A program made the translations under genes and the position numbers. 64,000 nucleotides of DNA from Microgenomates group bacterium (GTDB lineage Bacteria > Patescibacteriota > Microgenomatia > UBA12405): the NCBI GenBank assembly GCA_049303675.1, contig JBAQNJ010000001.1:821443-885442 (forward strand), read 5' to 3'. Under the pieces are notes generated by a model, which worked only from the letters and a program-made list of their open reading frames with translations, did not search any database and was not told the origin of the DNA. Shown here one piece after another: positions 42,346 to 52,097 of this stretch. Every line of letters starts with the position of its first letter. The stretch's first letter is position 1.

Positions 42346-44967
42346 CTAATTCGAACTAGGTAACACTGTTACAATCGGCAGGGGAGTAATTGTCGGAACA
42401 GGCGTATTTGTCGGTGTTGGGCTAGGTGCCCAATCCCAAGGTTTATTCACCCCAATCTTAATTTCCTTACTGTAACTCGCTCCATCAACATCGCTGACTA
42501 CCGCCTTGAGACTATAAGTGCCATCACTTAGACCAATATCACCCTCAAATGGTCTCTCGGTCCATGACTTTTTTTCGACATCATTTACCAGCAGTTTTAC
42601 TTGAGTTATTTTTTTGAGGGAATTGGTACTTATTTTGACATTAAAAGTCCCTCCCACCGTCGATCTGTCACTCGGGCTATCAAAACTAGCCGAAACAGTG
42701 CCATCGTTGCGACAATAATCGCTTGGCGGGCTGTACATATCTTTATTTGGCTGCTGGGCAATCCAGCCATCTATTCCCTGTTGCCATCGATTGACCCCAT
42801 CTTTAGAAATAGGATCATCTTCTTTGAGCCTAATATATTCTTTCTCATCAAAATTGTTGTTGGCTACATCTTCAGGTGGTGCAATACCTCCGCCAGCTGG
42901 CGGATTACCTTTACAGACTTTTAATTTCAAATGGATTGGATCATTTATATTAGGTTGGGTTCCATCGATAAAATACATCGAAGTTGCAGGAAATCCATCA
43001 TGAGCTGCATATCCGGAAATTTTATCCACTTCAACTTGAACAATCGACGATGGGATAGGGAAATCTTGCTTTGGTCGTGTGGGCAATGTAGCTAGCATGA
43101 TCCTTTTCCAGATCGGACTGGCACCAGACACACCCGAAGCCACTTTGAGCATTGGGGTATTGTTATTATTCCCCACCCAAACTGTCGCTAATAAATTTGG
43201 CGTCCAGCCAATTGTCCAATTATCTTTTTTGTCATTAGTAGTTCCCGTTTTTACTGCCACTTGATAACCAGATACCTGCAATCCGTTGACGGCCCCAAAG
43301 GTAAGTATCCGATTATTGTTATCAGACAAGATATTGGAAATAATAAATGCTTCCTGAGGACTCATCACTTTTTTTCCTTCGACTTGTTTGAATTCTTCCA
43401 AAATACGTCCATCACGACCAACTACTTTGAGTATCCCCACTGGCTCGACCTTTAGCCCACCATTGGCAAAAGCTCCATAGGCCGAGGCCAAATCAATCAT
43501 CTTTACTTCCGCACCTCCCAAAGTGACTGCCAAGCCATATTTTTTCAGATTTTCCGTTGTTGGTTCGAGCGTCGTCATTCCCATGTCGTAGGCTTGCCTC
43601 AACATATTGGACAGTCCGACGTTAGCCAACGTTTTCACTGCTACCGTATTTATTGAATTACCTAGAGCTTGGGCCAAGCTCATCGGACCATTAAACTTAC
43701 CATTATAATTTTGCGGGCTATAATCTTTTTGTCCCACCACTGTCGAAGCAAAAGTCACCGGAGTGTCCATTACCATCGAGGCCGCCGAATAGCCTTTCCT
43801 AATAGCAGTCAAATATGTCACTGGTTTAATCGCCGACCCTGGCTGTCTCAAACCCTGAGTGACTACATTAAATTTGCCGTCTGTTTTGTCGCTAAAATAT
43901 CCCCGCGAACCCACCATTGCCAAGACTTGACCGTTAGTTGGATCCAACACCACTGCCGCACCATTACTAATTCCCAGTTTTTCGGCCTTGTCAATTTCTT
44001 CCGCTACAATTGTTTGCACCTGATTTTGAATTTTTAGATCCAGTGTAGTGGTTACTTTCAGACCACTACCATCGACCACATCTGCCCCATAAGTTCTGGT
44101 CAATAAATCTTTGATCCAAAAGACAAAGTGCTGGGCTTGTATTTGGGTTTTATTATCATGAAACTTGTAACTTTTTACTTCCTCCATTGTCTTCTTTTCT
44201 GTCTCGGCATCAATATAACCATCCTCTTTCATTCTCGCCAAAACATGGCCCGTTCTATCAATATAAAGGGTTGGGGTTGCCGAAAAAGGGGAGTAAGCAT
44301 TTGGACGTTGGGGTAACCCCGCCAATATGGCCGATTCTGTTAGATTCAAGTCTTTGACCTCTTTATTAAAATACTGTTTGGCGGCCGGTCCCACTCCCCA
44401 GTCAGCGCCACCATATGGTGCCTCGTTCAGATACATTAATAATATTTCACTTTTCTTATACTTTGCCTCGATCTGGACAGCCAATATAAATTCCTTGACC
44501 TTTCGGGTAACACTCACATCAGAATTAAGGAGTACATTTTTGACTAATTGTTGAGTTAGAGTTGACCCGCCAGTTAACTTATGAAAATAAAACACATTTT
44601 TGACAATCCGCAGTGGTGCCAGTGGATCAAACCCCTGATGTTTGTAAAAATCTTTGTCCTCAACTGCCACTGTCGCGTTTTTGAGTGCGTCGGGGACATC
44701 CTCCCAGACTACTGGCACCCGTTTAGCATCCTTGTAAACATCGTAGATCAGCTCTCCATTACGATCATATATCTGGGTGGAAAAACCATCACGCCGAACC
44801 ACCTTGTTGGGGGTCGGTAAATCCTTGGAGTACCATACAAAAGAAATTAAAATGAGGGCATAACCGACCAAAAATATCCCCAACAATACGGCAAAAAACC
44901 TGTACCAAAACCATTTTTCTCCCCAACCAATTTTTTTTAGCCAAAAAGCTACTTTACGATTTCTCAT
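42346..44967 (-). CDS. class A penicillin-binding protein (glycosyltransferase GT51 plus transpeptidase) with C-terminal Ig-like, Pro/Thr-rich extension
   Basis: 'GGSTLTQQLVKN' (GT51), 'SGSAIKP' (SxxK), N-terminal TM anchor; 873 aa. Confidence 0.9.
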   Translation of the reverse strand: MRNRKVAFWLKKIGWGEKWFWYRFFAVLLGIFLVGYALILISFVWYSKDLPTPNKVVRRDGFSTQIYDRNGELIYDVYKDAKRVPVVWEDVPDALKNATVAVEDKDFYKHQGFDPLAPLRIVKNVFYFHKLTGGSTLTQQLVKNVLLNSDVSVTRKVKEFILAVQIEAKYKKSEILLMYLNEAPYGGADWGVGPAAKQYFNKEVKDLNLTESAILAGLPQRPNAYSPFSATPTLYIDRTGHVLARMKEDGYIDAETEKKTMEEVKSYKFHDNKTQIQAQHFVFWIKDLLTRTYGADVVDGSGLKVTTTLDLKIQNQVQTIVAEEIDKAEKLGISNGAAVVLDPTNGQVLAMVGSRGYFSDKTDGKFNVVTQGLRQPGSAIKPVTYLTAIRKGYSAASMVMDTPVTFASTVVGQKDYSPQNYNGKFNGPMSLAQALGNSINTVAVKTLANVGLSNMLRQAYDMGMTTLEPTTENLKKYGLAVTLGGAEVKMIDLASAYGAFANGGLKVEPVGILKVVGRDGRILEEFKQVEGKKVMSPQEAFIISNILSDNNNRILTFGAVNGLQVSGYQVAVKTGTTNDKKDNWTIGWTPNLLATVWVGNNNNTPMLKVASGVSGASPIWKRIMLATLPTRPKQDFPIPSSIVQVEVDKISGYAAHDGFPATSMYFIDGTQPNINDPIHLKLKVCKGNPPAGGGIAPPEDVANNNFDEKEYIRLKEDDPISKDGVNRWQQGIDGWIAQQPNKDMYSPPSDYCRNDGTVSASFDSPSDRSTVGGTFNVKISTNSLKKITQVKLLVNDVEKKSWTERPFEGDIGLSDGTYSLKAVVSDVDGASYSKEIKIGVNKPWDWAPSPTPTNTPVPTITPLPIVTVLPSSN

Positions 44968-45106
44968 TTTATGAGTAGACTCAAAAATGGTGTAATTCCT
45001 CCTAGTAACAGGGCCAACATCGCCACTATTAATACAAATTTGGTAACCCCCTTACGGTTTATCTTTTTACCCAATATCCTCATAGCTAAATGATAACATA
45101 GAAAAG

Positions 45107-47023
45107 ATGACTGATATTAATAGTCTTGTTGGAATTGGCCCCAAAACTGCTACTGCCTTTCGCCAGATCGGCATCGATCTGGTTGAAAATTTGCTTGACT
45201 ATTATCCTTATCGCTATCTCGATTTTTCCCACACCTTAAAAATTGCCGATTATGATCAAATTTCTCCAGCTACTTATAGTGGTATTGTTCTCAATTTCCA
45301 AAACGTATATACCCGCAGTCACAAAAATATTCAAAAAGCCACTATCAAGGATAGTACCGGCACTCTTGATTTAATTTGGTTTAACTCTCCCTATCTTGCC
45401 AAAATTATTAAAGTTGACGAAATAGTCAATGTCGCTGGTATTGTTAGTCTATACAAACACAGGCCAACTATTATTGCCCCAATGTTGGGTCAAAAAACTG
45501 GCAGAATTATCCCTCTTTACCATCAAGCCCCTGGACTAAGGTCATCCCAGATTGAAAAAATTTTTCACCAGAATCACTCTCAAATTTTCAAAAACATCAC
45601 TGACCCCCTACCTTTATCAATTATTACAAAATATCGGCTGGGTAACTTACTGGATACTTTGACCGAAATTCATTTTCCAACTAGTCAAAAAAACATTTCC
45701 ACTGCTCAGTTGCGTCTTTCTCTGGACCAAGCCCTCCAACTATTGGCTACCTCCAATATTCAAAAAAATATTCTTAATCAAAAAAGAGTTGCCAAAAAAA
45801 TGTCCAAAGTTACACCAATTAATTTTCTACCCTACGAACTGAGCCAATCACAAAAATTATCATGGCAAGAAATCCAAAACGATCTCCTGTTATCCGTTCC
45901 TTGTCATCGGTTGATTTCTGGCGATGTCGGTAGTGGTAAAACCATTATTGCCCTATTGGCCGCCCATATGGCCAGTATCAACCACCAGATCTCCTTGATT
46001 ATTGCTCCCACCCAAGTATTGGCCAAACAGCATTTTGAATTTTTCTCCAATATTCTCCCCCATACTCCCATTATATTTCTCGATAAAAAAACAAAAAAAA
46101 TACCTAGAAACGCCATTATTATCTCCACTCACACCGCCTTTTATAAAGATACAAAGTTCATCAAACAAATCTCGTTGTTAATTATCGACGAGCAACACAA
46201 ATTTGGGGTTAACCAGAGAAACTTTTTGAGTTCCCTTCCCCACCCACCCCACACCATTTCCCTGACAGCTACCCCCATTCCCCGTACTCTAGCCCTATCG
46301 ATTTACGGCCACCTCGATATTTCTTATTTGGACCATTTAGACCGCTGGCACCCAGTCAAAACATTTGTGGTCCCTCCTCCAAAACAAAATAGTTGTTACC
46401 AGTGGCTTGACCAACATATTCAAAAAACCCATCAACAAGCATTTATTGTCTGTCCCTTTATCGAAGACTCCGACACCCTTACCACCGTTAAATCAGTCAC
46501 CAGCGAGTTTGGAAACTTAAAATTATTATTGCCCCACCTTAAACTAGGGCTTATTCATTCCCAGATTAAGTTAGCCCAGCGCCAAAAAATATTTAATGAC
46601 TTTGCCTCAAATAAAATTAATATATTGGTTACTACCCCTATAATCGAAGTGGGCATCGATTATCCCAATGCCGGTGTAATTATAATTCAATCAGCCGATC
46701 GTTTTGGATTGGCCTCACTTCACCAATTGCGAGGACGAGTTGGTAGAGGAGTCGAATTAGGCTATTGTTATTTATTTTCACCAAGGGACAATAGTCGATT
46801 AACTTATCTCGCCAGCCATTACGAGGGCCGACAATTGGCCGAGTTTGATCTCCAGACCCGCGGTCAAGGTAAATTATTTTCTACCATTCAGCACGGACAT
46901 TTCCCCCTCAATACCCAATCGATCGAATTGGCCACCAAAATAATCAAGGATTTAATCAAAGAAAAGTTTGATTTAAATAAATTAACCTCCAACGGTGAAA
47001 AAATAACCAGTTTAAGTAATTAG
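45107..47023 (+). CDS. recG: ATP-dependent DNA helicase RecG
   Basis: N-terminal 'LVGIGPKTATAFRQIGIDLVENLLDYYPYRYLDF', Walker A 'GDVGSGKT', 'DEQHKFGV', helicase C-domain. Confidence 0.85.
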   Translation: MTDINSLVGIGPKTATAFRQIGIDLVENLLDYYPYRYLDFSHTLKIADYDQISPATYSGIVLNFQNVYTRSHKNIQKATIKDSTGTLDLIWFNSPYLAKIIKVDEIVNVAGIVSLYKHRPTIIAPMLGQKTGRIIPLYHQAPGLRSSQIEKIFHQNHSQIFKNITDPLPLSIITKYRLGNLLDTLTEIHFPTSQKNISTAQLRLSLDQALQLLATSNIQKNILNQKRVAKKMSKVTPINFLPYELSQSQKLSWQEIQNDLLLSVPCHRLISGDVGSGKTIIALLAAHMASINHQISLIIAPTQVLAKQHFEFFSNILPHTPIIFLDKKTKKIPRNAIIISTHTAFYKDTKFIKQISLLIIDEQHKFGVNQRNFLSSLPHPPHTISLTATPIPRTLALSIYGHLDISYLDHLDRWHPVKTFVVPPPKQNSCYQWLDQHIQKTHQQAFIVCPFIEDSDTLTTVKSVTSEFGNLKLLLPHLKLGLIHSQIKLAQRQKIFNDFASNKINILVTTPIIEVGIDYPNAGVIIIQSADRFGLASLHQLRGRVGRGVELGYCYLFSPRDNSRLTYLASHYEGRQLAEFDLQTRGQGKLFSTIQHGHFPLNTQSIELATKIIKDLIKEKFDLNKLTSNGEKITSLSN

Positions 47024-47050
47024 TAATTAGTAATTCGTAATTCGTAATTA
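47017..47050. repeat. 7-bp tandem TAATT[A/C]G x4.5 (contains AATTCGTAATTCGTAATT) immediately upstream of the rpmF promoter
   Basis: read directly. Confidence 0.6.
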
Positions 47051-47068
47051 GTTTGTTATAATAGCTCC

Positions 47069-47224
47069 ATGACAGCAGTACCCAAACATTGGCCCAGTAG
47101 TCGTCGACAAGGCCGTCGTCGCGCCACTCACACCGGCCCCACCATCCAAAAACCCATCACCTGCAAACATTGTGGTCAGCCAAAATTGGCTGGATTCCAA
47201 TGTCCAAATTGCAAACAAAATTAA
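47069..47224 (+). CDS. rpmF: 50S ribosomal protein L32 (51 aa; absent from the ORF track because <60 aa)
   Basis: translation MTAVPKHWPSSRRQGRRRATHTGPTIQKPITCKHCGQPKLAGFQCPNCKQN; L32 'VPK..SK...RRR' start and CxxC...CxxC zinc ribbon; TGtTATAAT extended -10 at 47054..47062. Confidence 0.8.
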   Translation: MTAVPKHWPSSRRQGRRRATHTGPTIQKPITCKHCGQPKLAGFQCPNCKQN

Positions 47225-47230
47225 ACAAAA

Positions 47231-47599
47231 GTGAAAAGCCATCAAGACCCCAGACATCTCCGTCGAATAAAAAACATGCAGTCACTATTTGCCTACAACA
47301 TGGGTAACAGTGAGCCATCAACCCCAGACTCGACTGACATAATTAGTCATCTGTCAGAAATTGATTCCCAAATTAGTACTTACGCCCCCAAATGGCCCAT
47401 CGACAAAATAAATCAAGTCGACTTAGCTATCCTCCGTTGTGCAATCTGGGAATTAACATTTTCCCAAAAAACTCCGCCAAAAGTTGTTGTCGATGAATCG
47501 ATTGAGTTGGCCAAAGAATTTGGCACCGACACCAGTTCATCATTTATTAACGGCTGTCTCGGCGGTATTCTCAAAACTAATGACTCCATCACTAACTAA
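47231..47599 (+). CDS. nusB: transcription antitermination factor NusB
   Basis: 'RHLRRIKNMQSLFAY', 'DLAILRCAIWEL', 'VVVDESIELAKEFG' NusB pattern. Confidence 0.8.
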   Translation: MKSHQDPRHLRRIKNMQSLFAYNMGNSEPSTPDSTDIISHLSEIDSQISTYAPKWPIDKINQVDLAILRCAIWELTFSQKTPPKVVVDESIELAKEFGTDTSSSFINGCLGGILKTNDSITN

Positions 47600-48275
47600 C
47601 TTACAAAAACTACTCGGTACCAAATACAAAAAACCCGAATTATTGGAACTTGCCCTAATTCACCGGTCATATCTTAACGAAAACCGTTCCCTTGGCCTAG
47701 TCTCCAACGAAAGATTAGAATTTTTAGGCGACGCGGTGCTCGAACTGTGGACTACCGAAAAACTCTATCATTTATTTCCTAGTTTACCCGAAGGCGATCT
47801 TACCAACCTCCGCTCCTTGATTGTTTGCACCCAAAGTTTGGCCAAAGTGGCCGATACCATCAGCTTAGGAGAATATATTCAATTGAGCCGCGGCGAAGAA
47901 AGCCATGGTGGTCGTCAAAACCAATCAATTTTGGCTGATGCCCTCGAAAGTGTTATTGGTAGTCTCTATCTCGATCAGGGTTACCCCGCTATCGACAAAT
48001 TGCTAAATTCACTTCTCGATAATCAAATCAAAGAAGTTTCCCAACAAAAAGTTTTCAAAGATCCCAAAAGCACCTTCCAAGAAATTGCTCAATCGAAGAG
48101 GGGAGTTACCCCACACTATGTCACTATTACCGAAACAGGTCCTGATCACAAAAAAATATTTGAGGTCGCCGCCTATATTGGCACTGATCTAATTGCCGAA
48201 GGTAAGGGTAATTCCAAACAAAAAGCCGAAGAATCCGCCGCCATCGCCGCCACCAAAGTTTTGACAAATGGATAA
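47580..48275 (+). CDS. rnc: ribonuclease III
   Basis: start trimmed to 'MTPSLTNLQKLLG'; 'ELALIHRSY', 'ERLEFLGDAVLEL' RNase III signature; C-terminal dsRBD. Confidence 0.85.
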   Translation: MTPSLTNLQKLLGTKYKKPELLELALIHRSYLNENRSLGLVSNERLEFLGDAVLELWTTEKLYHLFPSLPEGDLTNLRSLIVCTQSLAKVADTISLGEYIQLSRGEESHGGRQNQSILADALESVIGSLYLDQGYPAIDKLLNSLLDNQIKEVSQQKVFKDPKSTFQEIAQSKRGVTPHYVTITETGPDHKKIFEVAAYIGTDLIAEGKGNSKQKAEESAAIAATKVLTNG

Positions 48276-48321
48276 TTACATTAAAGAATTAAATCATTAA
48301 AAATTGATTAAAAATTAAAAA

Positions 48322-48350
48322 TTAAAAATTGTAAATTAATTTGGTATAAT
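48322..48350 (+). promoter_or_regulatory. probable promoter of rpsP: A-tract UP-like region plus extended -10 (TGgTATAAT) 8 nt before the ATG region
   Basis: 'aaaaattaaaaattaaaaattgtaaattaatttggtataat'. Confidence 0.45.
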
Positions 48351-48357
48351 CTCTCCT

Positions 48358-48681
48358 ATGCTTAAGATAAAACTATACCCCAAGGGTAAAAAACATCAAC
48401 GAACTTTTCGGATTGTCATTGCCGAATCACGCACCAAATTTAATGGTAAATTTGTCGACGACATCGGCTTTTACACTCCCCAAACCAAAACTCTCCAAGT
48501 GGACATGGAAAAACTCAAATCATGGACCGTCAAGGGAGCCCAATTAACCCTCGGTGTCGACAAACTAGTCAATCCTAGTAAATATCCCAAAAAAGTCAAA
48601 GTCAAACCAGTCAAAACCGAAGAGGTCACCCCAGCCGAAACTGTCGCTGAAACTGTTACAGAGCCAGCAGCCCAAGCATAA
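48358..48681 (+). CDS. rpsP: 30S ribosomal protein S16
   Basis: 'MLKIKLYPKGKKHQRTFRIVIAESRTKFNGKFVDDIGFYTP'. Confidence 0.85.
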   Translation: MLKIKLYPKGKKHQRTFRIVIAESRTKFNGKFVDDIGFYTPQTKTLQVDMEKLKSWTVKGAQLTLGVDKLVNPSKYPKKVKVKPVKTEEVTPAETVAETVTEPAAQA

Positions 48682-48683
48682 TT

Positions 48684-48917
48684 ATGGCCAATATTCAAGA
48701 CACCCTCGATTACTTGCTAAAAAGCGTCGTCACCGACTCCTCTTCAATTGTTATCGACACACAAGAGACAGACGGGGTAACCATCTTTGAAGTTACCGCT
48801 GCTGCCGAAATTATTGGCCAACTGATTGGTAAAGAAGGCAAAGTTATCAAGTCCATTCGCACCATCCTCAACTTGGCCTATCCTGATATCCGCTACTCAC
48901 TCGAAATCAAGGGTTAA
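48684..48917 (+). CDS. KH-domain RNA-binding protein (YlqC/UPF0109-like)
   Basis: 'IIGQLIGKEGKVIKSIRTIL' KH GxxG loop; conserved position after rpsP. Confidence 0.8.
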   Translation: MANIQDTLDYLLKSVVTDSSSIVIDTQETDGVTIFEVTAAAEIIGQLIGKEGKVIKSIRTILNLAYPDIRYSLEIKG

Positions 48918-49692
48918 ATGGGTCTCTCTTTTGATATTCCACAAAAATCGGTTTTTCACTAGTGCTGCCATCGCCTTTTTCAGCAATAACATAGCTACCC
49001 AGACCTGATATCACATCCATTTCTTCTTTTTTGAGTGTTAATTCTGCCAAAGTTAATTTATTAATATCCAGAGCGATAGCATCATCGATATAAAAGGCGG
49101 AGATTTCCAAATCAAGCTTAGCCAAACTCCCTGTATTACTCATTTTAAATGTAGAAATAGACAGAATTGGTAAAGTTCTCTCCATCGCTTTGATTAGCTC
49201 CAGATATCTATCCTTTGGTCCGGTAATCACGACTTTAATCGGAATTCGTGACACTCCTTTACTCGACGCTACCGGTTGAGCATTATTATCGATAACCCCT
49301 GGATTTATCAAAAAGCTATCGATTTGAAAATCATAACGGGTAATTACTTTTCGAATTACATTTACCAACAGATAAGAGTTTTTTTGGGGCATTATCGCGC
49401 TCGATAAAGATTCTTCATTTTGTTGCAATTCAGTCGGATCAATTGATTGAATATACCGTGTTTTGTCCACAATTATCTGGGTTTGTCGCTTCAGTTCTGT
49501 CAAACTTTTTTGGATACTCCTAATCTCCTCAAACTTTGGCACAAACACCAAATTAGTACTGACAATAATCATTAATATGATGATTAGCATGGGCACAAAA
49601 ATTATTACATTGGCCGAATCAATTCCAAAAATTTTATCAGGAATATCCAGTTTTAAATTCATTTTAAGGTTACCTCCATTGTAAAATTCCAT
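48907..49692 (-). CDS. type IV pilus assembly protein PilO-like (bitopic membrane protein)
   Basis: position downstream of pilM/pilN; N-terminal TM followed by a coiled-coil region. Confidence 0.45.
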   Translation of the reverse strand: MEFYNGGNLKMNLKLDIPDKIFGIDSANVIIFVPMLIIILMIIVSTNLVFVPKFEEIRSIQKSLTELKRQTQIIVDKTRYIQSIDPTELQQNEESLSSAIMPQKNSYLLVNVIRKVITRYDFQIDSFLINPGVIDNNAQPVASSKGVSRIPIKVVITGPKDRYLELIKAMERTLPILSISTFKMSNTGSLAKLDLEISAFYIDDAIALDINKLTLAELTLKKEEMDVISGLGSYVIAEKGDGSTSEKPIFVEYQKRDPFNP

Positions 49693-50207
49693 TCGTTGTT
49701 TTGGAGTCGTAGACCAGTTAGTTTGGCAGAAGTCAATTTTTCACTCTGACCTCCGTTAATATCCTCGATAGTTTTCTCCAACAAATCCACATTTTCTCTA
49801 GTTGTCGTCACTCCCTTGACTTCAAACACCCCTCCATCCCGTAAATCATAGCTTGTCAGGTTAATTGTTGAAGGAAACAAGCTTTGGATTGTCTCAAAGG
49901 AACTACCATATTCAAATCGAGTACTCAGTACTCCACCTACCATTTTCGCCTTATATTTTAGTTTTTGACTAGTGACAATATCACTCTGCAGTGAATTATA
50001 ACTTTCCTGAACTTGTTTTTTGTTGGCACTGGCTCTTTTAACCGATACATTCATTATCCCCGTCAACAAAAATAATACTCCCCCAATAGCAATCCATAAT
50101 ATTAACAAAACAATCGTCGCCAAGCCCACTTTTCTTTGCAGTTTAATTCTAGTCGCCTGAAACTTGGCCTTTGAGGGAATTAAATTCAAATTCATGACAC
50201 TGGTCAT
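49659..50207 (-). CDS. type IV pilus assembly protein PilN-like
   Basis: 'NLNLIPSK' N-terminus, single TM; follows pilM. Confidence 0.55.
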   Translation of the reverse strand: MTSVMNLNLIPSKAKFQATRIKLQRKVGLATIVLLILWIAIGGVLFLLTGIMNVSVKRASANKKQVQESYNSLQSDIVTSQKLKYKAKMVGGVLSTRFEYGSSFETIQSLFPSTINLTSYDLRDGGVFEVKGVTTTRENVDLLEKTIEDINGGQSEKLTSAKLTGLRLQNNEWNFTMEVTLK

Positions 50208-51232
50208 ACCAACCCCCTTAAGGCCAGTCCAACAGCCAAACTAAATCGACAACCCTCAGTCGTCAAATCCAGAGGTAAGACTATTTTAGTAGTATTCATT
50301 TTGACAAATGGTTGAATTACTTGTACTTCGATACCCAGTATTTTTGTCAATTCCTCCGCCAATCCGGGTAAATTGGCACCACCACCACTCAACACCAACA
50401 AATCGGCTGGCTTATTTTGTTCATCTCTAAAAGAGGCCAAGGCTCGGCGAATCTCCTCGGCCATACTGGTAAATACTGGCGTAATCGCATTTTTTATCTT
50501 GCCCTCCAATTCCATTTCCTTTAGTCCGTAGGCTTTTTTGTATTCCTCGGCCGAGGCCATATCCAAACCCAAGTTTATCGAAATCGCTCGAGTCAACGAT
50601 TCACCACCTACAGACATCGCCCGAGTGAAATAAACTTTACTAGCATTAATACAGACAATGTCGGAATATTTTTCGCCCATGTCAACCAAAAGCATTCCTG
50701 CCGTAGCCGACACCGATTCGACCACAGCTCGTCGCATAGCCACAGCGGGGGATTCGAGTGCCGCCAAATCGATACCCAATATTTTAAATAATTTTACATA
50801 CGAGGCAATCAATTCGTTGCGAGCCGCAATCGCAAAGACTGTCAATCGCCCTGATTCATCTGTCTCCAACACCTCATAATCAATCGATACTTGGTCCAGA
50901 GGGTAAGGGACAAAAGTCTCAGCTTCAAATTTTAGAGCATCCCGCACCTCACTCTCTTTGAGTGGTGGCAGGCGAATCAATCGGGAAACTACCTCATCTT
51001 CGGGCAAACTTGTCACTACTTGAGTTGGTTTTATCTTTAGATCACCCAACAACAATTTGATGGCGTTTGCCACCTCTGTCATGGCCTTGCCCGAAGGATC
51101 GTTTTTGGTCCAATCGACTTGGGGTGTCTTGGTCTCCCCAATCGAATCTAGTACCATTCCCGAAGTACTGTTGGAGATAGATACCAGCTTGATGCTCCCG
51201 ATGCCGATATCCAATCCAATTGTATTACTCAT
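50204..51232 (-). CDS. pilM: type IV pilus assembly ATPase-fold protein PilM
   Basis: actin-like 'IGLDIGIGSIKLV' N-terminus; 342 aa. Confidence 0.8.
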   Translation of the reverse strand: MSNTIGLDIGIGSIKLVSISNSTSGMVLDSIGETKTPQVDWTKNDPSGKAMTEVANAIKLLLGDLKIKPTQVVTSLPEDEVVSRLIRLPPLKESEVRDALKFEAETFVPYPLDQVSIDYEVLETDESGRLTVFAIAARNELIASYVKLFKILGIDLAALESPAVAMRRAVVESVSATAGMLLVDMGEKYSDIVCINASKVYFTRAMSVGGESLTRAISINLGLDMASAEEYKKAYGLKEMELEGKIKNAITPVFTSMAEEIRRALASFRDEQNKPADLLVLSGGGANLPGLAEELTKILGIEVQVIQPFVKMNTTKIVLPLDLTTEGCRFSLAVGLALRGLV

Positions 51233-51254
51233 ACTTCAGTATAAACATTATTTC

Positions 51255-52088
51255 CTAGTTACTCAACACATTTCCATATGTAGTAATCGCTTCCATAGCA
51301 AAGGCCGGCAACTGATAGAGCTTGGTCACATTAATTTTACGACTCGCCCCTGTGGCCGCTGCACTATCTCCCGCCATTCCCGTCGAGCTAATAACTATTC
51401 CCTGTACCGGGAAAGCCGACCCACCATCACCATACAAATACATCCTCGCTCCACTCCCAATTGGTTTAATCGATAACAATAGGGGTACAATTCCTCCCCC
51501 TAGAGGTGTCGTCAATGCTATTTCTCTATAGCCAGTTATACAGTTTCCCGAGCCAGCCACCGGACCGGTATCACTAAAACCAGAGACATAGCCGGCACTG
51601 GTATTGAATCCCTGATGAGCCACTATAAAATTTGACCCAGCATCCCGATAAAAATAGTCCACCTTCAGTGCTCCGCCAAATCCACTATTAACACATACCG
51701 ATAAATTAGTCCCCGTATAATATGTGGCATAATCAAGACCGCCATCAGCTAGGTGACCCACCAACCAATACTGCAATGTATTATTTACTAGTGTTAATTG
51801 GTTATAATTTATGGTCGTTCCCTGGCCAATATTTGTGACTTTGACATTGGCCCGACTCAGACTGTCCATGGCCACAAATTTGGTCTCGCCAGTGCCTAGA
51901 TAATATTCAATTCCCGACTCGGCGGCATTAAACGCTTGTTTTAATTGCTCCTCATTGGTATCTATTTTGGTGTCAACAACCGTCTTTCTCGACACCGACA
52001 ATCCGACTGTCATCACCACCGCCGAAATCAACAAGACTATTAGTGCCACCTGTCCTTTGTTTTTATTAATTCGTAATTCGTAATTCAT
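51255..52088 (-). CDS. membrane-anchored hypothetical protein in pilus locus (pseudopilin/PilX-like?)
   Basis: N-terminal hydrophobic helix without the canonical G-F-T-L-I-E prepilin motif; first codons overlap the TAATTCG repeat. Confidence 0.4.
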   Translation of the reverse strand: MNYELRINKNKGQVALIVLLISAVVMTVGLSVSRKTVVDTKIDTNEEQLKQAFNAAESGIEYYLGTGETKFVAMDSLSRANVKVTNIGQGTTINYNQLTLVNNTLQYWLVGHLADGGLDYATYYTGTNLSVCVNSGFGGALKVDYFYRDAGSNFIVAHQGFNTSAGYVSGFSDTGPVAGSGNCITGYREIALTTPLGGGIVPLLLSIKPIGSGARMYLYGDGGSAFPVQGIVISSTGMAGDSAAATGASRKINVTKLYQLPAFAMEAITTYGNVLSN

Positions 52089-52093
52089 AATTA
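52067..52093. repeat. TAATTCGTAATTCGTAATTCATAATTA repeat (third copy of the AATTCGTAATTCG family)
   Basis: read directly; overlaps the start codon region of the minus-strand gene 51255..52088. Confidence 0.6.
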
Positions 52094-52097
52094 TTAA

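Noticed and set aside
47048-47257. 69-aa minus-strand ORF
   Set aside because: It is antisense to rpmF (L32), which has a clear signature and promoter on the plus strand.
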